DNA of 64,000 nucleotides, taken from contig NW_019028979.1 in the NCBI RefSeq assembly GCF_002105155.1, forward strand, positions 1,674,001-1,738,000, written 5' to 3'. A program made the position numbers and the translations under genes. Below are positions 25,905 to 39,009 of the stretch, piece after piece. The notes under the pieces were generated by a model. That model had not been told where the DNA came from. It saw only the letters and a list, made by a program, of their open reading frames with translations, and did not search any database. Numbering within the stretch: the first letter of the stretch is position 1; every line of letters starts with the position of its first letter. The stretch comes from Lobosporangium transversale (taxonomy: Eukaryota).

Positions 25905-28900
25905 CCTTCATACAACTGATAAATTGCCTCGTCGCTTTTAGCTCAGTGGATCAATGCCCAATACGCAAGTTCTAGACGGTCGGTCAGGGATTCTCGGAGA
26001 GCTTCGCCATGGCAACTTTGTAGATGTAGTCTGTAGTCGAGATAGTAAATACACATATGCGATCACGGCAAACGGCATCCTCTGCTTGTTTTCAGAAGGG
26101 CGTGCATTAGAAAAATGGATTGATCTCCATATCCGTGGCGCATATTCTCTCAATCTAGACGAGAAGGCAATTATCTGCTCTTGCTCAGACGGTATCATCA
26201 GGTAAGTACCACATTATTTAATAGTGCCCATCATTTCCCTATTCTGCATCTACTCTTAGCCTCTAATATGACCTATTCTACTATTTGTTCCAGATTATTC
26301 GAACCTGAGACATTAGAGTACATAGGAACCTTGCCAAAGCCCTCACCCGTAGGCACTTTTGCTGGAAATATGGAAACAAACCAACAAGTAGATGACATAG
26401 CCAATCCTGTCTATCCTGACGTCCTCGCATCTCAATATGATGCTTCCTCAGGCACTTTGATCTGTATTTGCTCCGACCGCTCGCTTTACGTGTGGGATAT
26501 TCATGACTATAGCAACCCGGTTGTCTCTAAAAGCCATATTTTCCACTCTGATTGTGTCTGGGGTGCAGAGGTGAATAATTCAACACACGAATAAGACATT
26601 GGGCAGTTTTGGAGTTTTTTTTGTTCTTTTTACTCTTTTTGTTTAAGCTGTGTTAACTAAACTCTGGTTCCTAATAGGTCCTACCATCACCCCCAGATGA
26701 TGGTGCCGCAACAAATCCTTTTCCCGCAGATACATTCCTCACATACTCTGCAGATGGGTCCATTAAATTCTGGAACTTGGATGACAGTATGTCTTCATTT
26801 CCTCCATTATCCGAACAAAAGGAAAAGGATCAGATTTCATCACATCCAAGTAAGGAGGTCCTGCGTGTTCTGTATGTCGATAGGGAGTGTCAGGCATGGA
26901 TTCAAGTCCCAGAAATCCAAGGTATTACTCTTCAGCCGTAGTTATGTGGCATACCCAGGGTTTCATTCGAGTTTATAAACCTGACCTCACATCTTCTTTG
27001 TCGCGTTTTAGATGGCATGGAGCCTGGATACAACGTTGTTCCTTTAGAGTGCGGGATCCGTACTATCAGGATTAGCTCCGATGGGCGTTACTTGGCTTCT
27101 GGAGATAAGGGGGGGAACCTCCGGTAAGTTGCCACTACAATAGATTAAAAAATAATTTTTCTAACAATCGTGTTAAAAGAGATAACGTGCCTAATATAGA
27201 TTTAAATCACACCTAGGGTGCATGATCTGTTAACTCTGGAGCAAGTAACCTATCAGGAAGCGCATGATACTGAGATTCTAACCATTGATTTCACGGATCC
27301 AACCTTGAAAGATGCGCCTTTCCTATTGGCGACTGCTGGCAGGGATCGTTTACTGCATGTATTTGACATCCGGAACGATTATGCATTACTTCAGACCTTG
27401 GATGATCACTCGTCATCTATCACTTGTATACGATTCACGGCGGATGGGTCACGTATGATGAGTTGTGGTGCAGACAAGAGTATTGTCTTCCGTAATTGTC
27501 AAAAGGTGAGAAAGACGTTTATGAAATACAACCTTGTCATGGTCACACAAATGCACTCAAGCCTGTCGCACTGACTTTCAGCCTCGTTTGTTTGTTGAAC
27601 ATTCATGTCATTGATAGATAGAGGATGGATTATCCTTTCAGCCTTACCACCAAGCCCCTGGACGAGCAACATTTTATGATATGGGGATGCACGATGCTAC
27701 TCAAACAATATCTGTGGTTGCCGGTGATAGGAGATTCAATGTCTTTAGTCTGGAAACCGGGAAACCTATCAGGTCTTTCAAAGCTGACGCCAAAGGTGAC
27801 GATATGACAGCTGGTATGGCTGAGGTTTGCAGCATGACACATATCTGCCTGGATCCCACCGGAACTATCGCCGCGGCATCAGGTAGCGACAAATCAATCA
27901 GGATCTACGACCTTCTTCATGGGACATGTCTTGCACACATGGTTTGCCATTCAGAGCTAGTAACAAGTCTCAAGTTCATGAGTAATTATGAGCGCATCAT
28001 TTCCACTAGTGCTGACGGATGTGTATTGGTGTGGAGAGTGTCCAAGGAAGTTGTGAAGCGTATCACAAGCCGAATTCAAGAAAACATCACCTTACCCAGC
28101 TATATGCAGACGAAGACAGCCGAAAAACTACTAGCTCGCAATACTTCAACAAATCATAGCTCGAGACCCCAAAGAGCGAAAAAGCTAAGTAATAGGCTAA
28201 GTACCTATGCCAGTGACCACTTTGTGTCCTCGCGCAGAGGCTCTACGACATCCCTTGCTAGTGAGGATTGTGAAGTGCAGCCAGACGAGAGTTCGGAACG
28301 AGTCACTCATAATGTCACTAAAGATTCGCAGAGAGATGATACCTCAAAGGAGAGCTTTTCACCAGTTACTGCAGCCTCAGTGAGGAGGGCGTCAGGGCCA
28401 CGAGCCAGAGTCACTGCGTCTATTTCAAAGACAACGACCTCTCGCTCCCGACACAGCTCTAGCTCGCAGCCTTCAGTTGCTCCATCCCGCTCAGGCACTC
28501 TGCAGGAGCAGTCTACCTCGAACAAGAGTGTTGCAAAGGAAAAGACTGCGCTTCCACCTTCATCCCGCAAATCTCCAGGACTAAATCCTTTGTCTCTTCA
28601 TTCAATTAGTCCGAGGCCTAATAAGAGTACTCTTCTGGTTCCAAGCAATCCTCGACCTAGAGCCACATCTTTGACAGTGCCGACTGAGAAGACGCTCAAG
28701 ATGGATGGTGTCAAAGCAAAGGATATGCCATCATCGAGGCAAGTCTTGAGTGACTATACGCAAGAAGACCCACCAACTGCTCCAGGGGAGGATGATGATT
28801 CTCTACTGAGCGATGACACACAATCCGGGATTGAAGATAAGCCAACTCGTCATTCCAGCAAAAGCCTCCTAAAGTCAGCATTAAGCTTGAAGCCTAGTGA

Positions 28901-30344
28901 GGGCACTTTGAGTGATCCAGCCCAAATGAGTGAGGATACTACTGACGGCACAGAGGATCACGAGATGGCAATGGCAGCTACTACTGAAGGGAGCGAAAAC
29001 GAGCCTGCGGATGAATCCGGAGCGTCAGAGGAGCCCGACAGAGACGATGATGATGCAGATGACAGCGTCAGCGACACTGGTAGTGACAACGAGATTTTAT
29101 CTCCACGAGAACGTCGTAATATTGGCCTAAGCTGCGACACCACAAGCTTTGGGGAAGGAGAGTTTATGAAGGATTCACCCGCATCTGGAGGAAGTTACCA
29201 AGTGACATCGCCCAATGGCCGAATGACGAGCATGCGTCCGAACACACTTACTCGAAGCAGCCTGAGTACTAGATTCCTAGCTGCACATGCCGCGTCTGTG
29301 ATGATGGGATTAGTCCAGAGCGCAAGGGAAGAGAAACTTTCGGCGGGAAGCAAGGATGATCCCCGAGAGAATGCGGCCATTTCAACACCCACACCTGAGG
29401 ACCCACACGGACATCTTGATCATTCAAAAAAACAGGGCGACCTCTCAAATTCAGATAAAAACAGCGCTTCAGCACCTAAGAAAGAGTCAGATGCTCTTGA
29501 TCGTCCACTGGAAGAGCGGCTCAACTTGCAGTCACTCAACATGGCTGCTTTGAAGTGGAAGCAACGAAGCCTAGGCAATCGCGATGGGCAGGAGAATGAT
29601 AACACTAGACCATTATCATTAAGCATCGTTCGCCCTGGATTGAAGTCTGAAGACTACTCAAAGGAAGTCGAGCGTACTAGGCAACGTTTATTGGAGCTTG
29701 GATATTTGCCTACACAGGGGGGTACGCAGCAGACGGGCTCATCAGTAGCGTTAGCCTCCTCCAAAGAGAATTTGAAGACATCAGATAATGGGACTCAAGA
29801 TGACAAACCAACATATAATCTTGATTCCGCTAATAGTGAAGCGCATTTATCATCGCCACATACACCAAAACAAGCTCCTCCGCTCAGAAGCATAGGGATC
29901 CTGGCATCCCCAGCGTTAGTCACTAGTCCTGAAGGAATGGATCAGGAAATAATGGCAGAATCTCTAGATAAAGCGATTAAATCACAATTCGAATCTAATG
30001 AATCTGTAGAGAGCAAGGAGGATATGGTAAGCGGGACGCAGCAAAAAGACATCCTTCAGCGCCACCAGAAAGATGATGAAAATTACAATAATGAACAGGA
30101 TTTGCGAGGTGCATTGGAACGGATATCTTCTCTAATTTCGCATCATGCCGTAGTAACAGCAACTATTTCGGCAAAGCAACAAGACCATGTAGACGAAGGA
30201 GAAGGTATGACTACAGCAGAGAGGTCAGAACGCATTCATAAGTCAAAACAATGGATGTTACAGACGCGAGAGGGATTACTGAACCTTGTGGGCGAAGTAC
30301 AAGGCCATTTGTGGGCTTTGGAGAGAAGTGGCAGTGAAAATTGA
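24622..30344 (+). CDS. WD40-repeat protein, WDR62/MAPKBP1 homolog, with a long disordered C-terminus
   Basis: Exons 24622-24741, 24857-25276, 25391-25528, 25661-25837, 25942-26201, 26294-26570, 26678-26921, 27012-27123, 27217-27505, 27618-30344. Family signatures: IKLERVLGLT, AYAAGCVVVLYN, LAVGETGHQPRILIWD, FVTAGLRHVKFWYL, LASGDKGGNLRVH, EAHDTEIL, GRDRLLHVFD, QTLDDHSSSIT, SCGADKSI. Confidence 0.92.
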
Positions 30345-30928
30345 TTGAGAAGTTTAATTAATTTAGACTTTACGCCTAGCAAGTTGAATTAGACTATAAA
30401 CACTATAAAAGATGTGATTTTAAACATACAGCTTTTTTTATTCACATTGAATGCTTTTGGAGAGGGTACTTTTTGTGGATTGATTCGATTGAGAAAGTTA
30501 TCAAGAATCGACACTAGCAGCAGGCAGTACAGGTCTATTGTCTCCCAAGGACAGGAATCAGATATTGGGCTCTAACAGAGAGAAAGAGGCAACGAGCAAA
30601 AAAAAAGATATTAATATACCGTGGTGTTGGTCAGTCGACTTTATAAATTGAATTCATGCACGTCTATTTTGTTTGTTTTATTGCGGCGAATAAGGTCAAG
30701 GTTCTTCCCAGGCTGTTTCTGAAAATATTTTAAACCTCTTCAAAAACTCTCTATCTCTCTCTTCTCTTGTTCCTCTTTACACATTTCTTGCCCCGTTACA
30801 ATCCTCCTCTCCTCTATCGTATATAGACTATCTCTGCCCTTTTATTCCTTTTATTCTATTTTTTTTTCTTCTTCTTTTCCCATCATTCAGCATAGTTTCA
30901 GTGATCATAGTTCTTATTGGACTTAAAA

Positions 30929-31954
30929 ATGCATTACTCTCGGCTCTGCCTACTATCGTTCGTCGTCGCTTTGGCTACACAGGCCTCGAACAAAAAGGCT
31001 ACTGCGGATGCTGCGCCTGACAGCAATGTAGAGCGACCAATTCCTGCAATATTTATGCAATATGCATATTCTGAGAATCAAAAACTCTTTGTCAGTGCTG
31101 GAGATGCTAGAGGAAGAGGTGGTAGCGGTGATGATGGTCGTGGACCCGTCTCTATCAATCCAAGTGCAGCACCAGCAGCTCCAGGAACAGTTGTAGATGA
31201 CCAATTCTTGTCTCTAGATCTCTCTGTCCCCTGGACCTCAGATACTGCTCCATGGAAGAGATTAGAAAAGCGATTGTTACCACCAGGCATGATCACTGTT
31301 GGAGCGAGGACCAATCTTGTGGTGACGCCTGACAATGCCTCGGTTTTGTTTCTAGATATCGCACCTGGCCGGTATGACATCAAGACAGACAAATGGTCGT
31401 TGATTAAGCCGGATTCAGTATTCTCTTGGGATGGAGTATTCACACGAAGTGCAACGTTGGATACAGATGCAGGGGTGGTCTATGGGATTGGTGTGCCTAT
31501 TCTGCCTGAGAATGTGACGGATATAACCAAAGTTCCTAAGCCAACGTCATGGTATTTTGCAGAGCTGGAATTGAAAACCATGACGTTCAAGTACAAAGAG
31601 CAGGAGGGTCGTCCATCATTTGATCATTATGTATCGACTGTGTATAGTAGTGCCAAGAAGGCACTTTTTATGTATGAATGGAATACACCAGCAGGGGAGA
31701 CACCCCTCTTGACATATGATACTGTCAAGCAGACTTGGAGTGAAGTGGTATGTCTTCAACAAAAATCAAATGAGTGATGCTGCAACGTTATTTTTCTTGT
31801 TTTGACATGTTTTAGAAACCTTTTCTTCATGGATTAATCTAGAAAACAACTGGAGATGTTCCTTCCAACCGTGACTCAACATGCCTTGTCTCAGGTAAAA
31901 ACTTTATTGGCAACTTCCCAATATCAAAAAGGGACAAAAACAAGGCTTAACCGA

Positions 31955-31989
<35 letters not shown>

Positions 31990-32397
31990 GCCTATGGGGG
32001 TAAAAAACTAATTCTTGTTGGTGGAGATGCCACCGGTAATAGCAGTAATACTTTATCAGTTCTGAAGGACGTCTACATGTTGGATACGACGACATTGATC
32101 TGGAAGAGGCTGCCAGATGCTTCTCGAGCCTATGCTGGTGCTGTGTGTGCAGTTTCTGGAGACTTTTTGATTATTCATGGAGGATATAACGAAAATGGAT
32201 CAAACAACGAGGATGGCCCAGCAGTGTTTAATATGGTCACGAATTATTGGGGAAGCCAATACACGCCTAATACTTCAACGGAGCCAAAGGACTTTGGATC
32301 CGGTTCTGATCCATCCGGTGCAGGACATACACGTCAATGGATGAACTTAAGTGGCTCGGCTATTTTAGTGATGATCGCGTCTAGTCTTCTTTGGTAA
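30929..32397 (+). CDS. Secreted kelch/galactose-oxidase-type beta-propeller protein, probably GPI-anchored
   Basis: Exons 30929-31747, 31843-31894 (52 bp), 31991-32397. Signal peptide; QFLSLDLSVPWTSDTAPW; KLILVGG; DFLIIHGGY; hydrophobic extreme C-terminus following S/G-rich residues. Confidence 0.85.
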
Positions 32398-34137
32398 AGG
32401 AAAGAGAAAAAATAATGTGGCATTATAGACTAAAAATGTAAAAAATCTCAGTCAATTGCCTCTGAAACACATGTCCTCCAATAATAAAAAGTGTGCTTTT
32501 GTCCTCAATTAATACCATGGGTTATCGCAACAGATTGTGCGTATCGAGAGAATCATCATAATGAAATCCATTCCTTAATACACTCCCCCGAAACCAGGGA
32601 TCGAGAAAGCTCTCTCAATCCGGCTAATGAGGGGGAGTCACGTAACTGAACGCTTTCGTTTTTTTTTACCACATATGAGCTTAAAATATACTTGTCAAGC
32701 TAGTTGATGAGACACCACTAGAATCCTCGACATCCTAGATTGATCGGGTTTCATAGTCCCACTCCTTAAGAAACTCAATTTCGCTTGAAAAATCTAGATC
32801 CACATTTGCCACTTAGGCGTGCCCTAACACCCATATCTTATCATTCAAAGAGAAGACAATAAAGTCGGTCTGTTCTTTTGAGCTTATTCGAAACCCTTGA
32901 GTTTGCACGATGCACCATATGTATAATGGCATTATCACAAAAGCTGAGAGTATCTATATATTTTGCACAACTTGAGAATCTATGTTTAATTAGATCCTTT
33001 GATAAGTGATGGGGAAACATAGTCATTATATTTCAGCAAATAACTCGTATCCTATTTTTTTTTTTGATCTTAGGTTCCATTTTTGGGCTTCCTCAGGAAC
33101 TATTACCAGACAGCGGAGGACTGTTGGATGGATTCTGAGAAATGAGGCAAAAATGGAACAAACAAGTCAATTCTGTGATTCGATCGAGGTCATGAGTATC
33201 ATGATGGTGGGATAATAATAAGACTTGACAATAACAGAAATCGTGAATGGTATAAATGGATCTGTTCTTGAATGATTATACTGAGAGAAAGAGCTTGATC
33301 AGAAATGGTAGAAGTAATAGATGAATTGCATAATTACAAGAGACTTTTGCGGCTATGCGATATTTTCTCAATAAACATTTCATTTCATTTGACATTTGAC
33401 ATTTGACATTTGACGGGATGCGAAAGACAATTATAATTTTTCATTCATCAATGTCTTAAACTTAACAGAAAGAGAGGAGATTCAAATGGCTGTTCCATCT
33501 CAATGAGAAGACGAAATCATTTCTGCTGGACCAGATGAGCTTGTAGATCTAAAAAAAATCACTGGAGCGTTTATTATTCCTAAGTGACGCTCATCAAGCG
33601 ATAGGATTGCAGAGAAAAAATTGGGCAAATTGACTGGCAGGGTGATTTGATGAACGTTGTTTTTCTGTCAATCATAGGCGCAGCTGAGAGCTTGAGCACC
33701 CATTCAAAGAAAGTCGTGGGACAATTCTTTTTTAGTACTACCTTGTTACTCTGGAGGGATTAAAAACTGACTAAAAGTTGATTTCACATTTCATCCTTTT
33801 ACCATTCCTCTTCATCTTCAGTATACTGTATACTTTTCTTCAGCACAACATTCACTTTATTGATAGCGGCCTTTCATTCATGTATTTGCTGTTAGTATAT
33901 CTCCATGAGGGATTTTTTTTTTTACTCAAATGTGTCACCACGTGGCTTTAGTACGCTCAACATGATTATCTTTGTCGGGAAATATCGTGATAAAAATATA
34001 TTCAAGCAAAAGAAGACTTATCAGATCTAGGCAGCCTCATTTCAGGGGAAATGAGAAATTTTTTGGTCTCTGCAAGTTGGGCCAAATTTTAAAGTTTTTA
34101 AGTTATTAAAGTTTATTTTTTGACTGAGTGGCCTGCA

Positions 34138-34145
34138 TATAAAAG
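34138..34145 (+). promoter_or_regulatory. TATA box of the F-box/LRR gene
   Basis: TATAAAAG about 65 bp upstream of ATG 34209, followed by a C/A-rich leader. Confidence 0.55.
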
Positions 34146-34208
34146 AGCTACTCCCATCTCCCATTCATCACCTCATTTTCATCATCATCTCTCCACATTA
34201 CAAACACC

Positions 34209-35840
34209 ATGAAGTTGAATCCGTTGAACATTCCAGAAATCCTCTCGCTTGTAGGCGACTTCCTCGATCGAAAAGATATCCCAAGCTGTCTCCGCGTCTC
34301 CAAGGCTTTTCACAATACACTGCTAAAGTCCATATGGAAAAGGATCGTCCTTGGATCTCGTTATGAGGATCAGATTGATTATCCTAATGAAGAAGCACTC
34401 CAGAACCACAAGAAATATATTGAGGAGCTTACCTTCCGTTATTCCTTCCCAGAGGAATTCAAGTCATTACAAGGTTGCGATCGTCTTCGATTTGTCGAGT
34501 ACTGGGCGAGATCATCAACGTCATGGCATCCGTCCGAACTGAGTCACATTTCGAGCCTTCTCAAGACCCACAGCTCCACGATCACTGGCTTTTGCTGCAG
34601 CAATTCGAGCTCACGGGAGCTCTGGGAGGCACTACTGGAATGCACCAATCTCAATTACTTGGATGTTTTCAATATTCAAATAGGCAATGATCAAGTCGAC
34701 CTGTTCCTTCAGGTTTGCAAGAAAGTTAAGCGCTTGGACTTGCGTACAGTATCAATCTCTCAGCTACCTACCGATTTCTTACCCCGCAACACCGGTAGCA
34801 GCGGAGACACTGATAGCAGTGATCACACTGATAGCAGCGGCAACACTGATAGCAGCGGCAACACTGATGATACCAATAACACTGACAGTACCACTGTCAC
34901 CGTCGACAACATTGTTAACACCGATAACAACGACAAATATATTTTCCCGAATATGCGTACGCTCAATCTTAGGGGCGTCTTAATAATCCGCCCTCCATAT
35001 CCATACACATCAGCATATTGCTTTGGTATGTTGGCTCGGAGATGTCCTACATTGTATGCATTGACATTCGATGTTTTCAACCTAAGCGACCAACCTTTTC
35101 AACAAGCATATAGTGACTTCTACAGGGCAGTTTTCCTTCAACAACCCTATACGCTGGTAAATTTGTCAGATCTATCTATCCCAACGATGACTATAAAAGA
35201 CAAGGATATGGCGGTACTTCTCAGACAAACGACTGAACTAAAACGACTGGATGTCCCATGTTGTGATTTCGGTCCACTCTCTATGCGTGAATTGCTAGCA
35301 GACAAACAATTGGCATTGAATAATGGACACATGGTGCAAGAGAAAAGGCTGCGGAGGCTCTGTGAGACAGTCGAGACAATGGCATTCAATGTACGGAATT
35401 TTAGGACGGATGGTATTGTTCAAACGATCTTATCCAATTGTCCATCCCTAAAGCAACTGACCGCACCTAAAATCACAGTGACAGAAATCGCCAATGGCTC
35501 AGAGTGGGTCAGTACTGATCTTGTCAAGTTGAGCATCTACCTTGAGGCTGATGTTGATCGGGAGACAGCAGAAGGCATGGCAAAGCAACGCGCTGTGTTT
35601 AAACAGCTAGGCAAATTGACCCAACTACAATATCTCGATTTGAAAGGTTATTACAGTTCAGGATACGAGGGGAAACGGACACTGGACTTGAGGCTAAGGG
35701 CAGGTCTGGACGAGCTAATCAACCTAAGGAATCTGGATCGATTTGAATTCATAGATGACAACCATAAACTAATGCAACCTGAGGATGTGACATGGATCAT
35801 CACCAACTGGCGAGGGTCCAAGAGTTGGAGAACAATGTGA
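34209..35840 (+). CDS. Single-exon F-box/LRR protein
   Basis: F-box NPLNIPEILSLVGDFLDRKDIPSCLRVSKAF...IW; LRR-like units; C-terminal KQLGKLTQLQYLDL...TLDLRLRAGLDEL. Confidence 0.9.
   Translation: MKLNPLNIPEILSLVGDFLDRKDIPSCLRVSKAFHNTLLKSIWKRIVLGSRYEDQIDYPNEEALQNHKKYIEELTFRYSFPEEFKSLQGCDRLRFVEYWARSSTSWHPSELSHISSLLKTHSSTITGFCCSNSSSRELWEALLECTNLNYLDVFNIQIGNDQVDLFLQVCKKVKRLDLRTVSISQLPTDFLPRNTGSSGDTDSSDHTDSSGNTDSSGNTDDTNNTDSTTVTVDNIVNTDNNDKYIFPNMRTLNLRGVLIIRPPYPYTSAYCFGMLARRCPTLYALTFDVFNLSDQPFQQAYSDFYRAVFLQQPYTLVNLSDLSIPTMTIKDKDMAVLLRQTTELKRLDVPCCDFGPLSMRELLADKQLALNNGHMVQEKRLRRLCETVETMAFNVRNFRTDGIVQTILSNCPSLKQLTAPKITVTEIANGSEWVSTDLVKLSIYLEADVDRETAEGMAKQRAVFKQLGKLTQLQYLDLKGYYSSGYEGKRTLDLRLRAGLDELINLRNLDRFEFIDDNHKLMQPEDVTWIITNWRGSKSWRTM
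34788..34895 (+). repeat. Coding 18-bp tandem repeat (6 x N/D/H-T-D-S-S-G)
   Basis: aacactgatagcagcggc-type units encoding NTGSSG DTDSSD HTDSSG NTDSSG NTDDTN NTDSTT. Confidence 0.85.
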
Positions 35841-36759
35841 GCTGTGGTCCCAGAACGATTAGCATCAGCAGAAAGTAATATACTGGGGTCTCGCAATCTC
35901 CAGTTTCAATGCTCAAGATACCGACAGACATTCCCAAAATTTAGAAGCCATGAGCAAGCTCAAGAAGTTAGAAAAAAGGAAAAGGCTTATACATATATAC
36001 AATGAACAGTGGCATATAGACTGCACGACTACAGGATTTCAGACAGACATGAATACAATAGCACGAACAGCATAGATTTTATATAGATACAATTAGATTA
36101 GATTAAATTATAAACTGACGATTATAAATTGAAAGTTATAGCAATTATCAAGGTAGTGATTTCTGACGCTTTAAAAAGAGCTCTCCGAGACTCTAATCAT
36201 TAAGATGGATTCCCATCTCCCGTGAGATGAGCAATATGCTGTATTGCTGAACTGTGTCCACTGACTACTTCAATAACCTGAGCCAATAGATCGACTTGGA
36301 AAGAATTTTATATTATTTTATTTTAATTTTTTATTTTCGAATCTGGATTTGCCTGGTTCGTGAATGCAACGATTGAAAATGCGAGAGAATAATCCACGCC
36401 GTCAACAGAAATATATGTCAATTGAAGACTACGCCATGGCTTGCATACACAATGACTTCTAGGGAGGAATGTAGGATCGACGCGTCTCGCTTAGAAAGAG
36501 AGCCCTTTCCACAAACTACTGTAGACAATCTGCTTAGAAAATCCCTCCAGATGAGAACGTACGTTCAGGATGCTAAAGTTGTATTGGTGGCATCTTAGTA
36601 TGGTATCGTAGATAGTGTTTATTATTATTTAACATGTCTTGTACACGAGTATAGGGAAGTATACAGCTATTGCAGGGGTTTTTGTGTTCTATACGTTCTT
36701 TTAACAGGAGCTGTCCGTATAGTGGACAATTCACTGTACCATGTGTAAAAGAAGAGCGG

Positions 36760-38441
36760 CTACTGAGGATTTTGTCTCAGAGAATGTTGGTCATGAAGAG
36801 TGTGTGTAGACATTGATGCCATAGTCTGAGAGGCATGAGGATGAGTGTGGCCAGTGAAGGGGAGCTCGATCTTGTCGCATCCTTCATATGCAGGCGGGCT
36901 TTGACTCATACTGGAAGCGTTTCCTTGCTCAATGACCTTGCCATCAAAATGGTCATAATTTTCTGTCTTCTCCTCCTGTTCTTTTCGTCGCCTGTAGATC
37001 AATGCAATTACAGCAATTGCTACAAGGGCTAAGGCTCCCACTATCCCTCCTGCGATGGCTCCAACATTGGTGACTGAAGATTCGCTTTCCTGTTCTGGAT
37101 ATAACGATGTGGGTGTAGATGAAGGCATTTGAGATGCTGTAGAAGGATCCATAGAAGAAGCTGTGGTAGATGGTGGCTTGCTGGGAGCTGTAAAGTTTTT
37201 GACCCATGCAAACTTGGTCACGTCAAATACAGCGATTGTTGCAAGCTCAGTCGTAGTATGTTCACCTCCCCAAGCGATGAATTGATCTCCAACCAAGGCA
37301 CAAGCAGGATAGGCGCGCGGTTCAGGCGCATTGGGTCCTTTTTTCCATACTTTCGTTTTGAGATCCAACACAAATATCTCTGGAGAATAAACATAAAGAT
37401 GTAAAGGATCATCAGGTTTGGGGGTGCGGCCGCCAAAAACAACGACCTTGGTGGCATCCTCATCTATCGTAGTACAGTAACATAATAGCGCGAATCACAA
37501 TAACAAGGAATTGGTTGAATGTTAGTAGAAAGAACTCACAAAAGCTCTTCGTTGAATCAACCATGGACCAGTAACTTTGTACGAAAGGGCTTGACATACT
37601 GATGACCATGCAGTTAAATCCTCTTTTGGTTGGAGATTGTCCAGTTACAGGCTAAAATCACATTTTCGAATCAGTAACGAAGAGACCTTAATACTTCAGA
37701 GATCCTTTTTTTTCTTAGTAAAAGAATGTACTTCCTTTCACTTACAACCTGTATCCATGCATTCAAGTCGATTACGTATTCTGTGAGGTACAGCAACGCT
37801 TCGTCCTCGTAACGTCTGTATCCAAACAGGATGGACTTTGAAGCGCTATTATAAACAGCACCATCGTAATTGTCATCATCCAATGTACCGTTGAGGATAT
37901 CATAGCTATATTTCCAGACTCGAGTAGTCGAATTATACACACATACGGAGTTGCCGACATCAGTAGCAGAAGCACTATAGATCAGCCCTGTCCTTGGGTC
38001 CAAAACTGGAGAGTAGAGATTGCAATCCAGGGGTTCAACTGTTTTCAGTATGTTCCATTTTCCATTAGGGTTACTGTAGTTGACATGATAGCTGATATAG
38101 CCTGCTCCATTAAACACGTAAAGAGTGTGATTATCAGCCACACCGGTGTATCCTGGATCGCTTGGGAAGACTCCAAAGTTTTGGAGTGTCCAAGGAGCTT
38201 TATCAACAGACCAGGACGTTGAGAGGTCTAAAGAGTAAAACTTGCTGTTTTTTTCGAGGTGTGAACCACCCTGGACAAAGAGCTTTGAGCCGATGCGAGC
38301 ATATACGGGATGTCCATTGGCTGCGGGAGCGTTTTGTGCCTGAATTGTTAAGACATTCCAGAGGGGTGAGAATAAGAAGCAAAAGAAAAATAGAAGTGGG
38401 AAAGTATGATAAGCCATCCTGAAGAAAATTCGATAAGCCAT
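36760..38441 (-). CDS. Kelch-repeat type I transmembrane protein (paralog A)
   Basis: Exons 38441 (or 38417)-37746, 37651-37600 (52 bp), 37463-36760. Signal peptide; LFVQGG; FYSLDLSTSW; S/T stalk; TM VGAIAGGIVGALALVAIAVIALIY followed by RRRK; cytoplasmic tail ending RQNPQ. Confidence 0.88.
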
Positions 38442-38653
38442 CTTAGAGAAAGCTTCAAGAAAAAAAAAAAAAAAAAAAAAAAAAAAAGAATGCGAGATGG
38501 AATGAGAAAGAAACTACTGCATGTGCCTGAAAAAGAGGATGACAAGAAGACAGAATGTATGTGTGTGAATGAGCTCTCAACTACTATGATAGAGCGAACC
38601 TTCCCTAACCAACATGTGTAACCATGCAATGCATATAATCTTGTAACCTTGAT

Positions 38654-38772
38654 TAGCGTCCTTCAAATATCAAAACAAATTTGCCATCTGCGAACGCAAT
38701 AGTCGAAAAGTCATGACATTTGCCTTTTTAGGCAAATGTCACATTTTTTGTTTTGATATTTGAATGGCACTA
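38654..38772. mobile_element. Putative ~115-bp MITE with 18-bp perfect TIR core, symmetric TA flanks and an internal 12-bp hairpin
   Basis: TTCAAATATCAAAACAAA (38662-38679) / TTTGTTTTGATATTTGAA (38747-38764); TA at 38654-55 and 38771-72, equidistant from the cores; internal TGACATTTGCCT-TTTT-AGGCAAATGTCA (38714-38741). Confidence 0.6.
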
Positions 38773-39009
38773 TTATTGGAGCCATGTTGCAGAAGCAAAA
38801 CCCGGGCTCTTGGTCTTATTTCACATGTACATGTATAGATGAAGCTCAGCTTCCGTTTTTACTTTTTATGATGGTTTTTGTGTAAAATGTAATTATTTGT
38901 AATGTACATGGATATGTCTATGCTATTGGAGTTTTCGTACTTCAGCAAGCCAGCCTAAAATCATTCTTCCAGAGAACGATCTACTGGCAAGGATAAAAGA
39001 AAAAAATGG

